Source of the DNA: Squalus acanthias | Taxonomy: Eukaryota | Reading direction: 5' to 3' | Length of the DNA: 64,000 nt | NCBI GenBank assembly: GCA_030390025.1 | Contig: JASTWF010000033.1 | Location: 4,962,001 to 5,026,000 of the forward strand | Shown here: one piece after another, positions 12,623 through 24,659 of the stretch | Position numbering within the stretch: the stretch's first letter is position 1 | How the letters are laid out: every line of letters begins with the position of its first letter | Program-made: the position numbers and the translations under genes | Notes under the pieces: model-generated | What the model saw: only the letters and a program-made list of their open reading frames with translations | The model's database searches: none | What the model was told of the DNA's origin: nothing

Positions 12623-13530
12623 TTATTTCTGATTATGAATGAATTGAATAATTGAGGTAAGCGGATATTTCACCGCCCTCTTCACCTGCTCTCTGAACTT
12701 GGACTGGGTCACCCCATAAATAAACGTGTTCGTGCAGCAACTTAAATTCAGCAGCATTAATCCGACATATTGAAAGATTACTAAAGAAGCAGTGTAATAA
12801 TCGGGATCTGTTCCTGTAATGCTATAATGTAAGAAATATATAACAAAGACCAGCCACAGCAGTATGAAGCTGGCGGATATGGTGAAGAGTAAAATCACAG
12901 ACTTCCTTCTGCTCTCCATCTCTGGGTCTCTGCCATTCTCTCCCTTGCTCTCACCCCTCAGTCCCTTACGGACCCGACTGGCCACTAAAATGTGTCTGAC
13001 TGTCAGAGCGTTGAGCAACAGAATTAGAGCAAATGGGAGCAATGGGGTTAAAACCGTGTCAAACCAGTCAAATCCCACCCACCCGGGCTCAGTATAATAG
13101 TTTGGGATTGTGACACAGTACCACGGCACATTGTCGATTATCTCCAAGGGTTGAATTACAAAGTAGAAGGGAACGTCTTTTAAACAGAGCAGAATGCCGG
13201 TTGTTGCCAGAACCACAGCCGCAGTTCTCTCGGTGCAATATTTAGTTTTCAGCTTCTGGCAACAAATGGCCACAAATCGATCAAAGGTGAAAGTGACAGT
13301 GAACCAGACAGAACAGTCTGTGGCTGCACGGGTCAGGACAGCCATAACACTACACACAGGGGTGATGTCCAGGAAAGACAATGGGAAATAATAATAATTG
13401 ATCCTCCTCAGTATGACCTCAGTGACAATGGTCAGGAGATCCGCCGCTGCCATGCCCACCAGGTAGCGAGTGGTGCAGGTGGAGAGCCCGCACTTTCCCC
13501 GGGACAGGATCACAATCGCCACTAAATTCA
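12623..13530 (-). CDS. Class A GPCR, GPR139/GPR142-like family, copy 1, exon 2 (302 aa; 324 aa with exon 1)
   Basis: Hydrophobic helices covering the end of TM1 through TM7; MAAADL in TM2; Cys at the top of TM3 and in ECL2; DRF; NTFIY in TM7; acceptor ttttcccttctgtgttttacAG at 13532-13531. Confidence 0.92.
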
Positions 13531-13835
13531 CTGTAAAACACAGAAGGGAAAAGAGACTGGAAATTACTATCACACATTCTCCGTGTCTGAGCCCAGACAG
13601 TAAGGGCTGGATTTTAACACACCAAAAACCGGCGGATTGGGGTCGGGTCAGAGGTGAAAATATAAAAATATCCTCCCGACCTCAACCCGCCTCCAACCCG
13701 CCCGCTTCCGAGTTTGACGGAGACGGGACAGGGGGGCGGGCAGCGAACCGCTCCCAGGAGGCGGGTTGGCAAGTTAAATACTTTAATGAGGCGAGCAGAC
13801 TCTGATTTAACTTGTTTTACAGGTTTAACTACGGC

Positions 13836-14268
13836 TGGCATAGTGCTTAGCACTGGTGCTTCACAGCGCCAGGGACCCGGGTTCGAATCTGACCTCGGGT
13901 GACTGTCTGTGTGGAGTTTGCACATTCTCCTCGTGTCTCCGTGGGTTTCCTCCGGGTGCTCCGGTTTCCTCCCACAGTCCAAAAATGTGCAGGTTAAGTT
14001 GATTTGGCTATGATAAATTGACCCTTAGTGTTAGGGGGGGATTAAATATGTGGGGTTATGGGGATAGGATGGGATATGTTAGGGGGAATTAAATACCTGG
14101 GGTTACGGGGATAGGGTGGGATAGGTGCAGGCTCGATGTGGGGATTCTGTGTGAGAAAGCAGGGACAGGGTACTGGATTTGGATGATCACCCATGATCGT
14201 ATTGAATGGTGGAGCAGGCTCGATGGGCCGAATGGCCTACTCCTGCTCCTAGTTCCTATGTTTCTATG
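13836..14268 (+). mobile_element. tRNA-derived SINE (HE1/V-SINE-like) with a CR1-derived tail
   Basis: A-box-like TGGCATAGTG; B-box GGTTCGAATC; core GTGTGGAGTTTGCACATTCTCC..GTGGGTTTCCTCCGGGTGCTCCGGTTTCCTCCCACAGTCCAAA; tail shared with the LINE. Confidence 0.9.
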
Positions 14269-14633
14269 TCTGGACAAACTAGATGCAGGAAGAATGTTCC
14301 CGATGGTCGGAGAGTACAGAACCAGGGGTCATAATCTAAGGATAAGGGGTGAGCCATTTAGGACAGAAATGAGGAAGACTTTCTTCACCCAGAAAGTGGT
14401 GAACCTGTGGAATTCTTTACCACAGAGTGTAGATGAGGCCAAGTCATTAATTATATTCAAGAATGAGTTAGATATATTTCTTAAAGCTAAAGGTATCAAG
14501 GGATATGGGGAGAAGGCAGGTACAGGGTACTGAGTTTAGATGATCAGCCATGATCTCATCGAATGGCGGAGCAGGCTCGAGGGGCCGAATGGCCTACTCC
14601 TGCTCCTATCTTCTAAGTTTCTATGTTTCTATG
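14269..14633 (+). mobile_element. CR1-type LINE 3' fragment
   Basis: LDKLDAGRMFP...GYGEKAGTGY* plus tail; same 3' junction as the element ending at about 60765. Confidence 0.9.
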
Positions 14634-14671
14634 TCCGGATCGGACATCTCCAAGAATGGGGATTGGACACG

Positions 14672-17600
14672 CCCCCGAGACCGGTCAAACCCCCGGGACC
14701 GGGCACACTCCAGGGAGTGGTCAAACCCCCTGGGACCGGTCAAACCCCCGGGACCGGTGAAACCCTCGGGACTGGTCACACCACCGTGTGCGGCCACACA
14801 ACCCAGGACCGGTCAAAGCCGCTGAACCGGACAACCCTCAGGGACTGGTCAAACCCCTGGGACAGGTCACACCCCCAGGACTGGTCAAACCCCCGGGACT
14901 GGTCACCTCCCCGGGACCGGTCATACCCCCGGGACTGGTCACCCCCCCGGGACCGGTCACATCCCCGGGACTGGTCAATCCCCTGGGACAGGTCAAAACC
15001 CCGGGATCGGTCAAACCCCCGGGACCGGTCAAACCCCGGGGCTGGTCAAATCCCCGGGACCGGTCAATCCCCCGGGTCCGGTCAAACCCCCAGGACTGTT
15101 CAAACCCCCGGGACCGGTCAAACCCCCAGGACTGGTAAAAGCCCCGGGACTGGTCAAACCCCCGTCCCTGGTCAAACCCCCGGGACAGTTCAAAAACCCC
15201 CCCAGGACCTGTCTAACCCCCGGGACCGGTCACACCCCCGGGACCGGTCACACCTCCAGGGACCGGTCAAACCCCGGGACGGGTCAAAGTCCCGGGACTG
15301 GTCAAACCCCCCCAGGACCTGTCAAACCCCCGGCATCGGTCAAACCCCCGGGACCGGTCAAATTCCCCGGGACTGGTCACACCCCTGGGACAGATCAAAC
15401 CCCCCGGGACTGGTCACACTCCACGGGTCCGGTGAAACACCCAGGACTGGTCAAACCGCGGGACTGGTCAAACACCCGGGACCGGTCAAACCCTCGGGAC
15501 TGGTCAATCCCCCGGGACCGGTCAAAACCCCGGGACTGGTCACACCCCCAGGAACGGTCAAACCCCCGGGACTGGTCAAACCCCCGGGACTGGTCAAACC
15601 CTGGGACCGGTCAAACCCCCGGGACCGGTCAAAACCCCGGGACTGGTCACACCCCCAGGAACGGTCAAACCCCCGGGACTGGTCAAACCCCCGGGACTGG
15701 TCAAACCCTGGGACCGGTCAAACCCCCGGGACTGGTGAATCCCCCGGGACTGGTCAAACCCCCGGGACTGGTCAAACCCTGGGACCGGTCAAACCCCCGG
15801 GACTGGTGAATCCCCCGGGACTGGTCAAACCCCCGGGACTGGTCAAACCACCGGGCCCGATCACACCCCCGGGACTGGTCAAACCCCTGGGATTGGTCAA
15901 TCCCCTGGGACTCGGTTAAACCCCCGGGGCCGGTCAAACCCCGGGGACTGGTCAAACCCCCGGGACCGGTCAAACCCCCGGGACCGGTCAAACCCCCGGG
16001 AAAGGTCAAACCCCGGGGACTGGTCAAACCCCCGGGACCGGTCAAACCCCCGGGACCGGTCAAATCCCCGGGACAGGTCACCCCCCCCCCCCCCCCGGGA
16101 CCGGTCAAACCCCCGGGACAGGTCAAACCCCCCAGGACCGGTCAGACCCCTGGGACTGGTCACATCCCCAGGACTGGTCAATCCTCCGGGACTGGTCAAA
16201 ACCCCGGGAAGGGTCACACCCCCGGGATAGTTCAAACCCCCGGGACCGGTCAAACCCCCGTGACCGGTCAAACCCCCGGGACTGGTCAAACCGCCGGGAC
16301 TGGTCACACCCTCGGGACCAGTCAAACCCCGGAAATGTTCAAACCCCCGGGACCGGTCAAACCCCCGAGAAAGGTCAGCCCCCCCAGGACTTGTCAAACC
16401 CCCCGGGACCGGTCACACCCCCGGGAATGGTCACACCCCCAGGGACTGGTCAATCCCCTGGACTGGTCAAAACCCCGGGGACTGGTCAAACCCCTGGGAT
16501 CGGTCAGTCCTCCAGGACCGGTCAAACGCCCGGGACCGGTCAAACCCCCGGGACAGGTCACCCCCCGGGACCGGTCAAACCCCCAGGACAGGTCAAACAC
16601 CCGGGACCGGTTACACTCCCGCGACCGGTCAAACCCCCGGGACCAGTCAAACCCCCGGGACTGGCCATACCCCCGGGACAGGTCACAACCCCGGGACTAT
16701 TTACACCCCCGGGACTGGTCAAACCCCCGGGACTGGTCAAACCCCCGGGACCGCTTACACCCCCTGGACCAGTCATAACCCCGGGACCGGTCAAACCGCG
16801 GGACCGGTCAAACCCCGGGACTGGACAAACCTGGGACTGGCCAATCTCCCGGGACTGGACAAACCCCCGGGACCGGTCACACCCCCGGGACCAGTAAAAA
16901 CCCCAGGACCGGTCAAACCCCCGGGACGGGTCACACCCCCGGGACTGGTCAAACTCTGGGGAACGGTCACACCCCTGGGACAGGTCAAACCGCCGGGACC
17001 AGTCACACCCCCAGGACAGGTCAAACCCCGGGACGGGTCAAACCCCCGGGACTGGTCAAACCCCCGGGACGGGTCAAACCCCGGGATGGGTCAAACTCCT
17101 GGGACTGGTCAACCATCCGGGACCGGTCAAACCCCGGGACGGGTCAAACCCCCAGGACTGGTCAAACCCCCGGGACCGATCACACCCCCGGGACCGGTCA
17201 CACCCCGGGACCAGTCACACACCCGGGACCGGTCACACCCGTGGGACCGGTCAAGCACCCGGGACTGGACACACCCCCGGGAGCGGTCAAATCCCCGGGA
17301 CTGGTCAAACCCAAGGGACCGGTCAAACCCCCGGGACTGGTGAACCACCCGGGACTGGTCAAACCCCCAGGACTGGTCAAACCCCCGGGACCGGTAGAAC
17401 CCCCGGGACTGGTCACTCCCCCGGGACTGTTCACACCCCGGGACCAGTCAAACTCCCGGGACCGGTCACACCCCCGGGACCGGTCAAACCCCCGGGACCG
17501 GTCAAACCCCTGGGACTGCTCACACCCCCGGGACCGATCAAACCCCCGGGACTGGTCAGACCCCCGGGACTGGTCAAACCCCCAGGACCAGTCAAACCCC

Positions 17601-18270
17601 CGGGACCAGTCAAACCCCGGGATCGTTCAAACCCCCGGGACCGGTCAAACCACCGGGACCGGTCAAACCCCCGGGACTGGTCAAACCCCGGGGACAGGTA
17701 AACTCCCCCCGGGACCGGTCAAACCCCCGTGACTGGTCAAACCCCCGGAACCAGTCAAATCTCCGGGAACGGTCAAACCCCCGGGACCGGTCAATCCCCG
17801 GGACCAGTCAAAGCTCCAGAATCATTCAAACCCCCGGTGATCGGTCACACCCCTGGGACCGGTCAAACCCCCGGGACCGCTGAAAACCCCGGGACTGGTC
17901 AACTACCCGGAACCAGTCAAACCCCTGGACCAGTCAAACCCCCGGGACCTGTCACACCCCCGGGACCGCTCACACCCCTGGGACCGGTCAAACCCCCAGG
18001 ACGGGTCAATCTCTTGGGACTGGTCAAATCCCCGGTACCGATCAAACCACTGGGATCGTTCAAACCCCCGGGACCGGTCACACCCCCGGGACCGTTCACA
18101 CCTCAAGGACCGGTCAAAACCCCGGGACCGCTCAAACTCCCGGGACCGGTCACACCTCTGGGACCGGTCAAACCCCCGGGACCGGTCAATCCCCTGGGAC
18201 CAGTCAAAGTCCCGGAACCGTTCAAACCCCCGGGGATCGGTGACACCCCCCGGAACAGGTCAAATCCCCT
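14672..18270 (+). repeat. GC/CpG-rich 18-bp satellite, about 3.6 kb, in the GPCR copy 1 intron
   Basis: Unit CCCCCGGGAC(C/T)GGTCA(A/C)A; the C-run length varies. Confidence 0.97.
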
Positions 18271-18611
18271 TGTCCTTAATCGGACACATCGCGGGATCAG
18301 AATCCCCATCCAACGCAGTTTCATCCATCCGACCTACCTGGTCATGCTCCGGAGTCCTCCCACCCCGTCCGACTGGAAGCCCGACTGTCAATCAGGCTGA
18401 CTTCCGGGGTGGGGAACCAGTCAAGGAGAAAGGACGTATGCTGTGGAGCTAAGACACCCCAACGTCCGGGAATAGCTGGACTTCCTGGTATCCTGTCTGA
18501 TATTCCACATCCACCCTGTACCCTCCGGCCATCGTACATAACCTGCCTCTCTTAATATCCAGGCGGAAGTATATGAGCAAATGCAAATTACGGAGACTGC
18601 TTTAATTCTGA

Positions 18612-20640
18612 TAAGAACATAAGAACATAAGAAATAGGAGCAGGAGTATGCCCTTTGTTCCTTCGACCCTGCTTCCGCATTCAATGAGATCATGGCTGAT
18701 CTTCTGCCTCAATTCCATTCACCGGCCTTATCGCCATATCCCTTGATGCCCTTACTAGTCAGAAATCTATCGACCTGTTTTGAATATACCCAATGACTGA
18801 GCATCCACAGCCCTCTGGGGTAGAGAATTCGAAAGATTTACCACCCTCTGCGTGAAGATATTTCTTCTTATCCTTGTCCTGAATGGCCTACCCTTTATCC
18901 AAAATCTGTGGCCCCCGGTTCTAGACTCCCCAGCCAAGGGAAACATTCTCCCTGCACCCACCCTATCAAGCCCTGTAATAATTTTGTATGCTTCAATGAG
19001 AACCCCTCTCATTCTTCTGAATTCAAGAGAATACAGGCCTAGTTTACTCAATCTATTCTCATACGACAGATCCGTCATCCCAGGAATAAATCTCGTGAAC
19101 CTTCGTTGCACTCCCTCTATGGCAAGTATATCCTTCCTTATGTAAGGAGACCACCATTGTACACAGTACTCCAGGTGTGGTCTCACCAAGGCCCTATAGA
19201 ATTGGAGGAAGACTTCTTTACTCCTGTACGCAAGTATCCTCTTGTAATGAAGGCCAGCATATCATTTGCTTTCCTAATGGCTTGCTGCACCTGCACATTC
19301 ACTTTCAGTGACTCATGTACAAGAACACCCAGGTACCTTTGAGCATCTGCATTCCCCAATCTTTCACTATTTAGGAAATACTCTGCCTTTCCGTTTTTTC
19401 GACCAAAGTGGATAACTTCACATTTATCCTCATTATAATCCATCTGCTATGTTCTCGCCCACTCACTGAGCCTGTCGACATCCCCTTGAAGCCTCTTCAG
19501 ATCCTCTTCGCAACTGACACTGCCACCTAGCTTTGTGTCATCAGTAAATTTGGAAATGTTACATTTAGTCACATCATCCAATCATTGATATAGATTGTGA
19601 ATAGCTGGGGCCCAAGCACCGATCCTTGCGGTACCCCACTAGTCACAGCCTGCCATCCTGAAAAAGACTCATTTATCCCTACTCTGTTTCCTGTCTGTTA
19701 ACCAATTCTCAATCCATGCTAGTATATTACCCCCAATTCCAAGTGCCCTAATTTTTTTCACCAACCTCTTGTGTGGGACCTTATCGAAGGCCTTCTGAAA
19801 ATCCAAATGCACCACATCTACCGGTTCCCCTTTGTCTACTCCACTAGTTACATCCTCAAAGAACTCCAATAGGTTTGTCAAACAGGCCTTCCCTTTCATA
19901 AATCCATGTTGACTCTGCCCAATCTTATAATTAGTTTCTAATTGCACAGCTATTGCATCCTTTATAATAGATTCCAGCATTTTCCCAACGACTGATGTGA
20001 GACTAGCAGGTCTGTAGTTCCCCTTTTCTCTCTCCCTCCTTTCTTAAAACGCGGGGTTACATTTGCTATCCTCCAATCTGCAGGAACCATTCCAGAATCT
20101 ATAGAATTTTGGAAGATGACAACCAATGCGTCCACTATCCCAATGGCCACCTCTTACAACACCCGAGGATGTAGGTCATCCGGTCCTTGAGATTTATCGA
20201 CTTTTAGTCCCATTAATTTTGCTAGTACTGTTTTTTTTACTAATAATAATTTATATTATGTTCTTCATTCTCGCCACGCCCTTGGTTTTCTTGTATTTCT
20301 GGGAGGTTTTTTGTGTCTTCCTCCGTGAAAACAGAAACAAAGTATTTATTTAATTTCTCGGACATTTCCTCATGCCCCATTATAAATGATCCGATCTCTG
20401 AGTGTAAAGGACCTACATTTACCTTCGCCAGTCTTTTCCTTTTCACATACCTATAGAAGCTTTTACAATCCGATTTTATATTTTTCGCTAATTTATGCTC
20501 ATATTCCATTTTCCCTTTCTTTATCCATTTCTTGGTCCCCCTTTGCTGATTTCTAAAAGATCCCAATCCTCAGGCTGACTGTGTTTTCTGGCAACTTTAT
20601 AAGCTTCCTCCTTTTACTTAATACTAGCTTTAATTTATTA
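18612..20640 (-). mobile_element. CR1-type LINE, 5'-truncated, disrupted ORF2
   Basis: Series of RT ORFs from 20566 to 18767; CATAAGAA tail. Confidence 0.92.
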
Positions 20641-20644
20641 AAAA

Positions 20645-22035
20645 AAGACAATGCTGAAAACACTCAGCGGGTCAGGCAGCATCTGTGCAGAGAGAAACAG
20701 AGTTAACATTTCAGGTCCATGACCTTTCATCAGAACTGGACGATTCCAGATATTATCAGTATTAAAGCAATGATAGAGTCACAGAAAAGTGCTTTAGCAT
20801 AAGGATAGAAAAAAGAGGAATCTCTGTGATTGGTTGGAGGGCAGGAGTGATTCAATGACTAAAGGGATGATGGTGCAAGGCGAATGGGAGAATTAAAGAA
20901 ACAGAAGATGGGTCTAGAGGAGGTGTAAATGGTTACAGCAGAATAACAAGGGGAGGGGTAGTAGGGCACATGTGGCAGAGAAAGTTGGGTAGACCCCAGG
21001 TGTTTGGGCCAGCCCGCTGACCGTGTGCCGGGATCGCCACCCCAAGCCCCAGCCCAAACCTCCTCCACTCCCAGTGGCTCTGGTGGAGCCATCCTCCATT
21101 ACCAGCACATGTCGTCCGAGAAAACGGGAGCGGAGGTTATGATCTGAAGTTTTTAAACTTAGTGTTGAATCCGGCAGGCAATAAAATGCCGAATCGAAAA
21201 ATAAGCTGCTGCTCCTCATTGAGTTTAAAATGGGAACAGTGCAGGAGGCCGAGAACAGAGAGTTCAGAGTGGGAGTGGGATGTAGAATTAAAGTGGGAAG
21301 TGACCTGAAGCTCTGGATCACACTTGTGCACTGAACGGAGGCGTTCAGCAAAGCAATCACCCAATCTGTGCTTAGTCCAGCCAATGTACAGGAGACTGGA
21401 TCGTGGACAGCGAGTATGATTTACTAAAATGATGGAAGTACAAGTAAATTAGTCTTTCACGTGGATGGAATGTTTGGGGCCTTGGCTGGTGGGATGGAAA
21501 GATGGGAAAGGGCAGCTGTTGCATCTCCTGCGCTTGCATAGGAAGGTGCCGGGGAAGGGGAGCAGATGTTAGTGGTGATGGAAGTGTGGACCAGGGTGTT
21601 GCGAGGGCCGGGGTGATGGGAGTGCAGGGGAAGATATGTTTGTTGTTGGCCTTAGCTGGACATGATGGAAATGGCAGAGTAGGTTCCTTGAATGTGAAGG
21701 CAAATGCATTGGAAGCTGAGGACAAGGGGTGATGGGAGCAATGCAGATTGACACGGTCGAGGGCCCTGTCATTCACAATGGAGGTGAGTATTCCGCTGAG
21801 GAAATATGAAGACATTTCGGAAGCACTGTTGTGAAAGGTGGCATCGTCAGAACATATGCAACGGTGGCAGAGAAACTTTGATAATAGAATATAGCCCTTC
21901 CAGGAAGCCGGGTGGGAGGAAGTCTACTCAAGATTCCTGTGGGAGTTGGTGGGATTATAGTAGATATTGGTGGATGGCCTAGACCCTGAAATGAAGATCG
22001 AGAAGTCGAGGAAGGGAATGGAAGATCACTGTGGT
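20645..22035 (-). mobile_element. Degraded Penelope-like element, 3' half
   Basis: GIY-YIG remnant GDCFAERLRSVHKCDPEL..HSHSELSVLGLLHC; terminal repeat at about 20645-20860. Confidence 0.85.
20701..20737 (-). ncRNA. Minimal type I hammerhead ribozyme motif with intact core
   Basis: AGUU-CUGAUGA-A-AGGUC-AUG-GACCU-GAA-AUGU-U-AACU; stems I and II pair perfectly. Confidence 0.7.
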
Positions 22036-22039
22036 TCAC

Positions 22040-24180
22040 CATTTAAATGTTATTCCTGCATTTAAAATGGAAGATAGAACAATTCCATGGATCTACAGAC
22101 CAGTTAGCATAACGTCGATGGTAGGAAAGTTAATGGAATCCTTACTCAAAAATGTAACAGAAAAACAATTAGAAACACAAAATATAATAACGAGTAGTCA
22201 GCAGGTTTTCCAAAAGGAAATCATAGAATGATTATAGCACAGGAGGAAGCCATTCGGCCTGTCGAGCCCGTGCTCACTCTCTGCACATGCACTGCAGCTA
22301 ATCCCAATCCCCTGCCCTTTCACCGTAGCCCTGCAATTCTTTTCCTTCAGGTACTTATCCCATTTCCTTTTGAAAGCCACGATTGAATCTGCATGCACCA
22401 CCCTTTCAGGCAGTGCATTACAGATCATAACCCAACGCTGCCTTAAAAAGTTTTTCCTCATGTCACCTTTGGATCTTCAGCACATCACCTAAAACCTGTG
22501 CCCTCTGGTTCTTGACCGTTCTACCGATGGGAACAGCTTCTCTCTATCTGCTCTGTCTACTCTGTCTAGAACCCTCATGATTTTGATCACCTCTATCAAA
22601 GCTCCTCACAATCTTCTCTGCTCTACTGAGAACAACCCCAGCTTCTCTAGTATATCTACATAACTGAAGTCCCTCATCCCTGGAAACATTCTTGTGAATC
22701 TTTTCTGCACCTTCTCTAAAGCCTTCATGCCCCTTCCTAAAGTGCGGTGCCCAGAATTGGACACAATACTCCAGTTGTAGCCGAACCAATGTTTCATAAA
22801 TGTTTATCATAACTTCTTTGCTTTTGTACTCTATGCCTCTATTTATAAAGCTAAGATTCCAGTTAGCATTTTTAACCGCTTTCTCAACTTGCCCTGCCAC
22901 CTTCAACGATTTTTGTACATGTACCCCCGGGTCCATCTGTTCCTGCACCCCCTTTGGAATGTCTTGCTTGAGTAACCTTAGTGAATTATTTGAATAAGTA
23001 TCAGAAAGATTAGATAAGGGTTATGCAGGAGATATATTTGATTTTTTAAAGCCATTGGATAAGGTACCACATAGCAGACTGAATCACAGAGCAAGTGGAG
23101 TTAGGAGACAATCAGCAGAATGGATACCAAGATAGCTGCAAGAACAGAAAAGTGGGAGTAGTGGATAAAGCTATTTACTCAGATAGGTGGATGCTGAGAA
23201 GTGATGTTCCACAAGGATCGGCGCTCAATCATTGTTGTTCACCATTTACATAAACGATATTGAATCGGGAAGCAAAAGAACAAATTCAAAATTTGCAGAT
23301 TAATCCAAATTGGAAGTACAGTTAATACAGAGGAAGAATGCAAAACAATACCTGCAGACATTAATACACTTGCAGAAAGGGCGTTTAAATGGCAAATTAA
23401 TTTCAATATAGCTAAGTGAGAGGTACTGCATTTTGCTAGGAAGAATAAGTTTCCCAAATACTCCTTGGAAATCAGAGTGGGAATGGGGTAGAGGGGCACC
23501 GATTAACAAATCATTTAAAGTAGCAACGCATATTAACATGACCATAAACATGGAAACAAAGCACTGGGGTTCATTTCTAGAAGAATAGAATCGTAAAGCA
23601 AAGAGGTTAGCTTAAACTTATATCGAACCTTGGTTATACCACACTGAGCGTACTGTGTGCAGTTCTGATCTCCATATTACATAAAGGATATTAAGGCTCT
23701 GGAGAAAGTGTAATATTTTTACAAGGATGACACCAGAACTGAGACATTATAAGCATCAGGAAAGATTGAACAGGCTGGGGCTCCTTTCTTTACAAAAGAG
23801 AAGGCTGAGGGGTGGCCTAATAGAGGCCTTTAAATTTTGAAGGGGTAACATAGGGTAGATGTTTATACTCGTGACGTGAGTGCAAAATTGGAGATTATCG
23901 ATGAAAGAGAGTCACTAATAAATCCAATACGGAATTGAGGAGAAATGTCTTTACTCAGAGATTGGTTAGAATGTGGAACTCCCTACAACTTGGAGTACTT
24001 GAGGCGAATAGCAGAGATGCATTTAAGGGGAAGCGAGAGAAGTACACGATGTAGAAAGCAGTAGAAGGTTATGCTGATCGGGTGAGATGAAGAGGAGTGG
24101 GAGGAGGCTCAGGTGGAGCATAAACACTGGCATAACCTAGTGTGGCCGAATGGCCTGTTTTGTGCTGTAAATTCTAAGGA
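22040..24180. mobile_element. Old + strand CR1 (22040-22220 and 22960-24180) with a nested - strand CR1 (22222-22958)
   Basis: YRPVSITSMVGKLMES, then an inverted RT C-terminus with tail, then the decayed RT resumes. Confidence 0.85.
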
Positions 24181-24659
24181 GTTCTCCGTAACTTGAGTGC
24201 AAATTAATCACATTCATCAGTTCATTTAATCATTGCGGATATTGAAGTGTTTTATTTATTATGGCATTGCCCTATATATTACATTATTATCAATTTATTA
24301 ATGCTATTATTTACTGCCCTCGGGACTGATATGTGTATTATGAAAACCTGATATACATGTTCTTCAGTTATGCATGTCTCTCCTCGCAGGGACACACCTC
24401 ACTGAGCTAAGGCCAGAGATCGTTGCAGGCTACCTGTGCAGAGACCCTGAATCAGAGGTAAGAACTGGTTCGTCAAACCTTAATCAGTTACAGAAGTGGA
24501 ATAATCAATAACCACAGCCCAATATTCATCCTGTCTAATGAGAGGGAGGAATTGAATGAAATCAATTGTAGGGATATTGACGGGATTGAAGGCCGATAAA
24601 TCCCCAAGGCCTGATAATCTACATCCTAGGGTACTTAAGGAAGTGACCGTAGAAATAGT

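Larger units (their letters stand above)
13604..18565. mobile_element. Possible non-autonomous DNA transposon (PIF/Harbinger-like MITE) that hosts a SINE, a CR1 and a satellite
   Basis: TAA|GGGCTGGATTTTAA at 13601-13617; TTAATATCCAGGCG at 18552-18565 matches its reverse complement at 11 of 14 bases; CpG-rich arms. Confidence 0.4.

Noticed and set aside
13531..13573. ORF-track starts for the GPCRs (13573 and 59169), implying single-exon genes
   Set aside because: They are non-ATG starts in or next to the splice-acceptor polypyrimidine tract; a phase-compatible exon 1 exists for copy 1
13836..13900. tRNA gene
   Set aside because: The A and B boxes belong to a SINE head that runs directly into the SINE core
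14540..18400. Pro/Gly-rich collagen-like or extensin-like ORFs (also at 60460-62121)
   Set aside because: Satellite translations with frequent C-run frameshifts and no Gly-X-Y period
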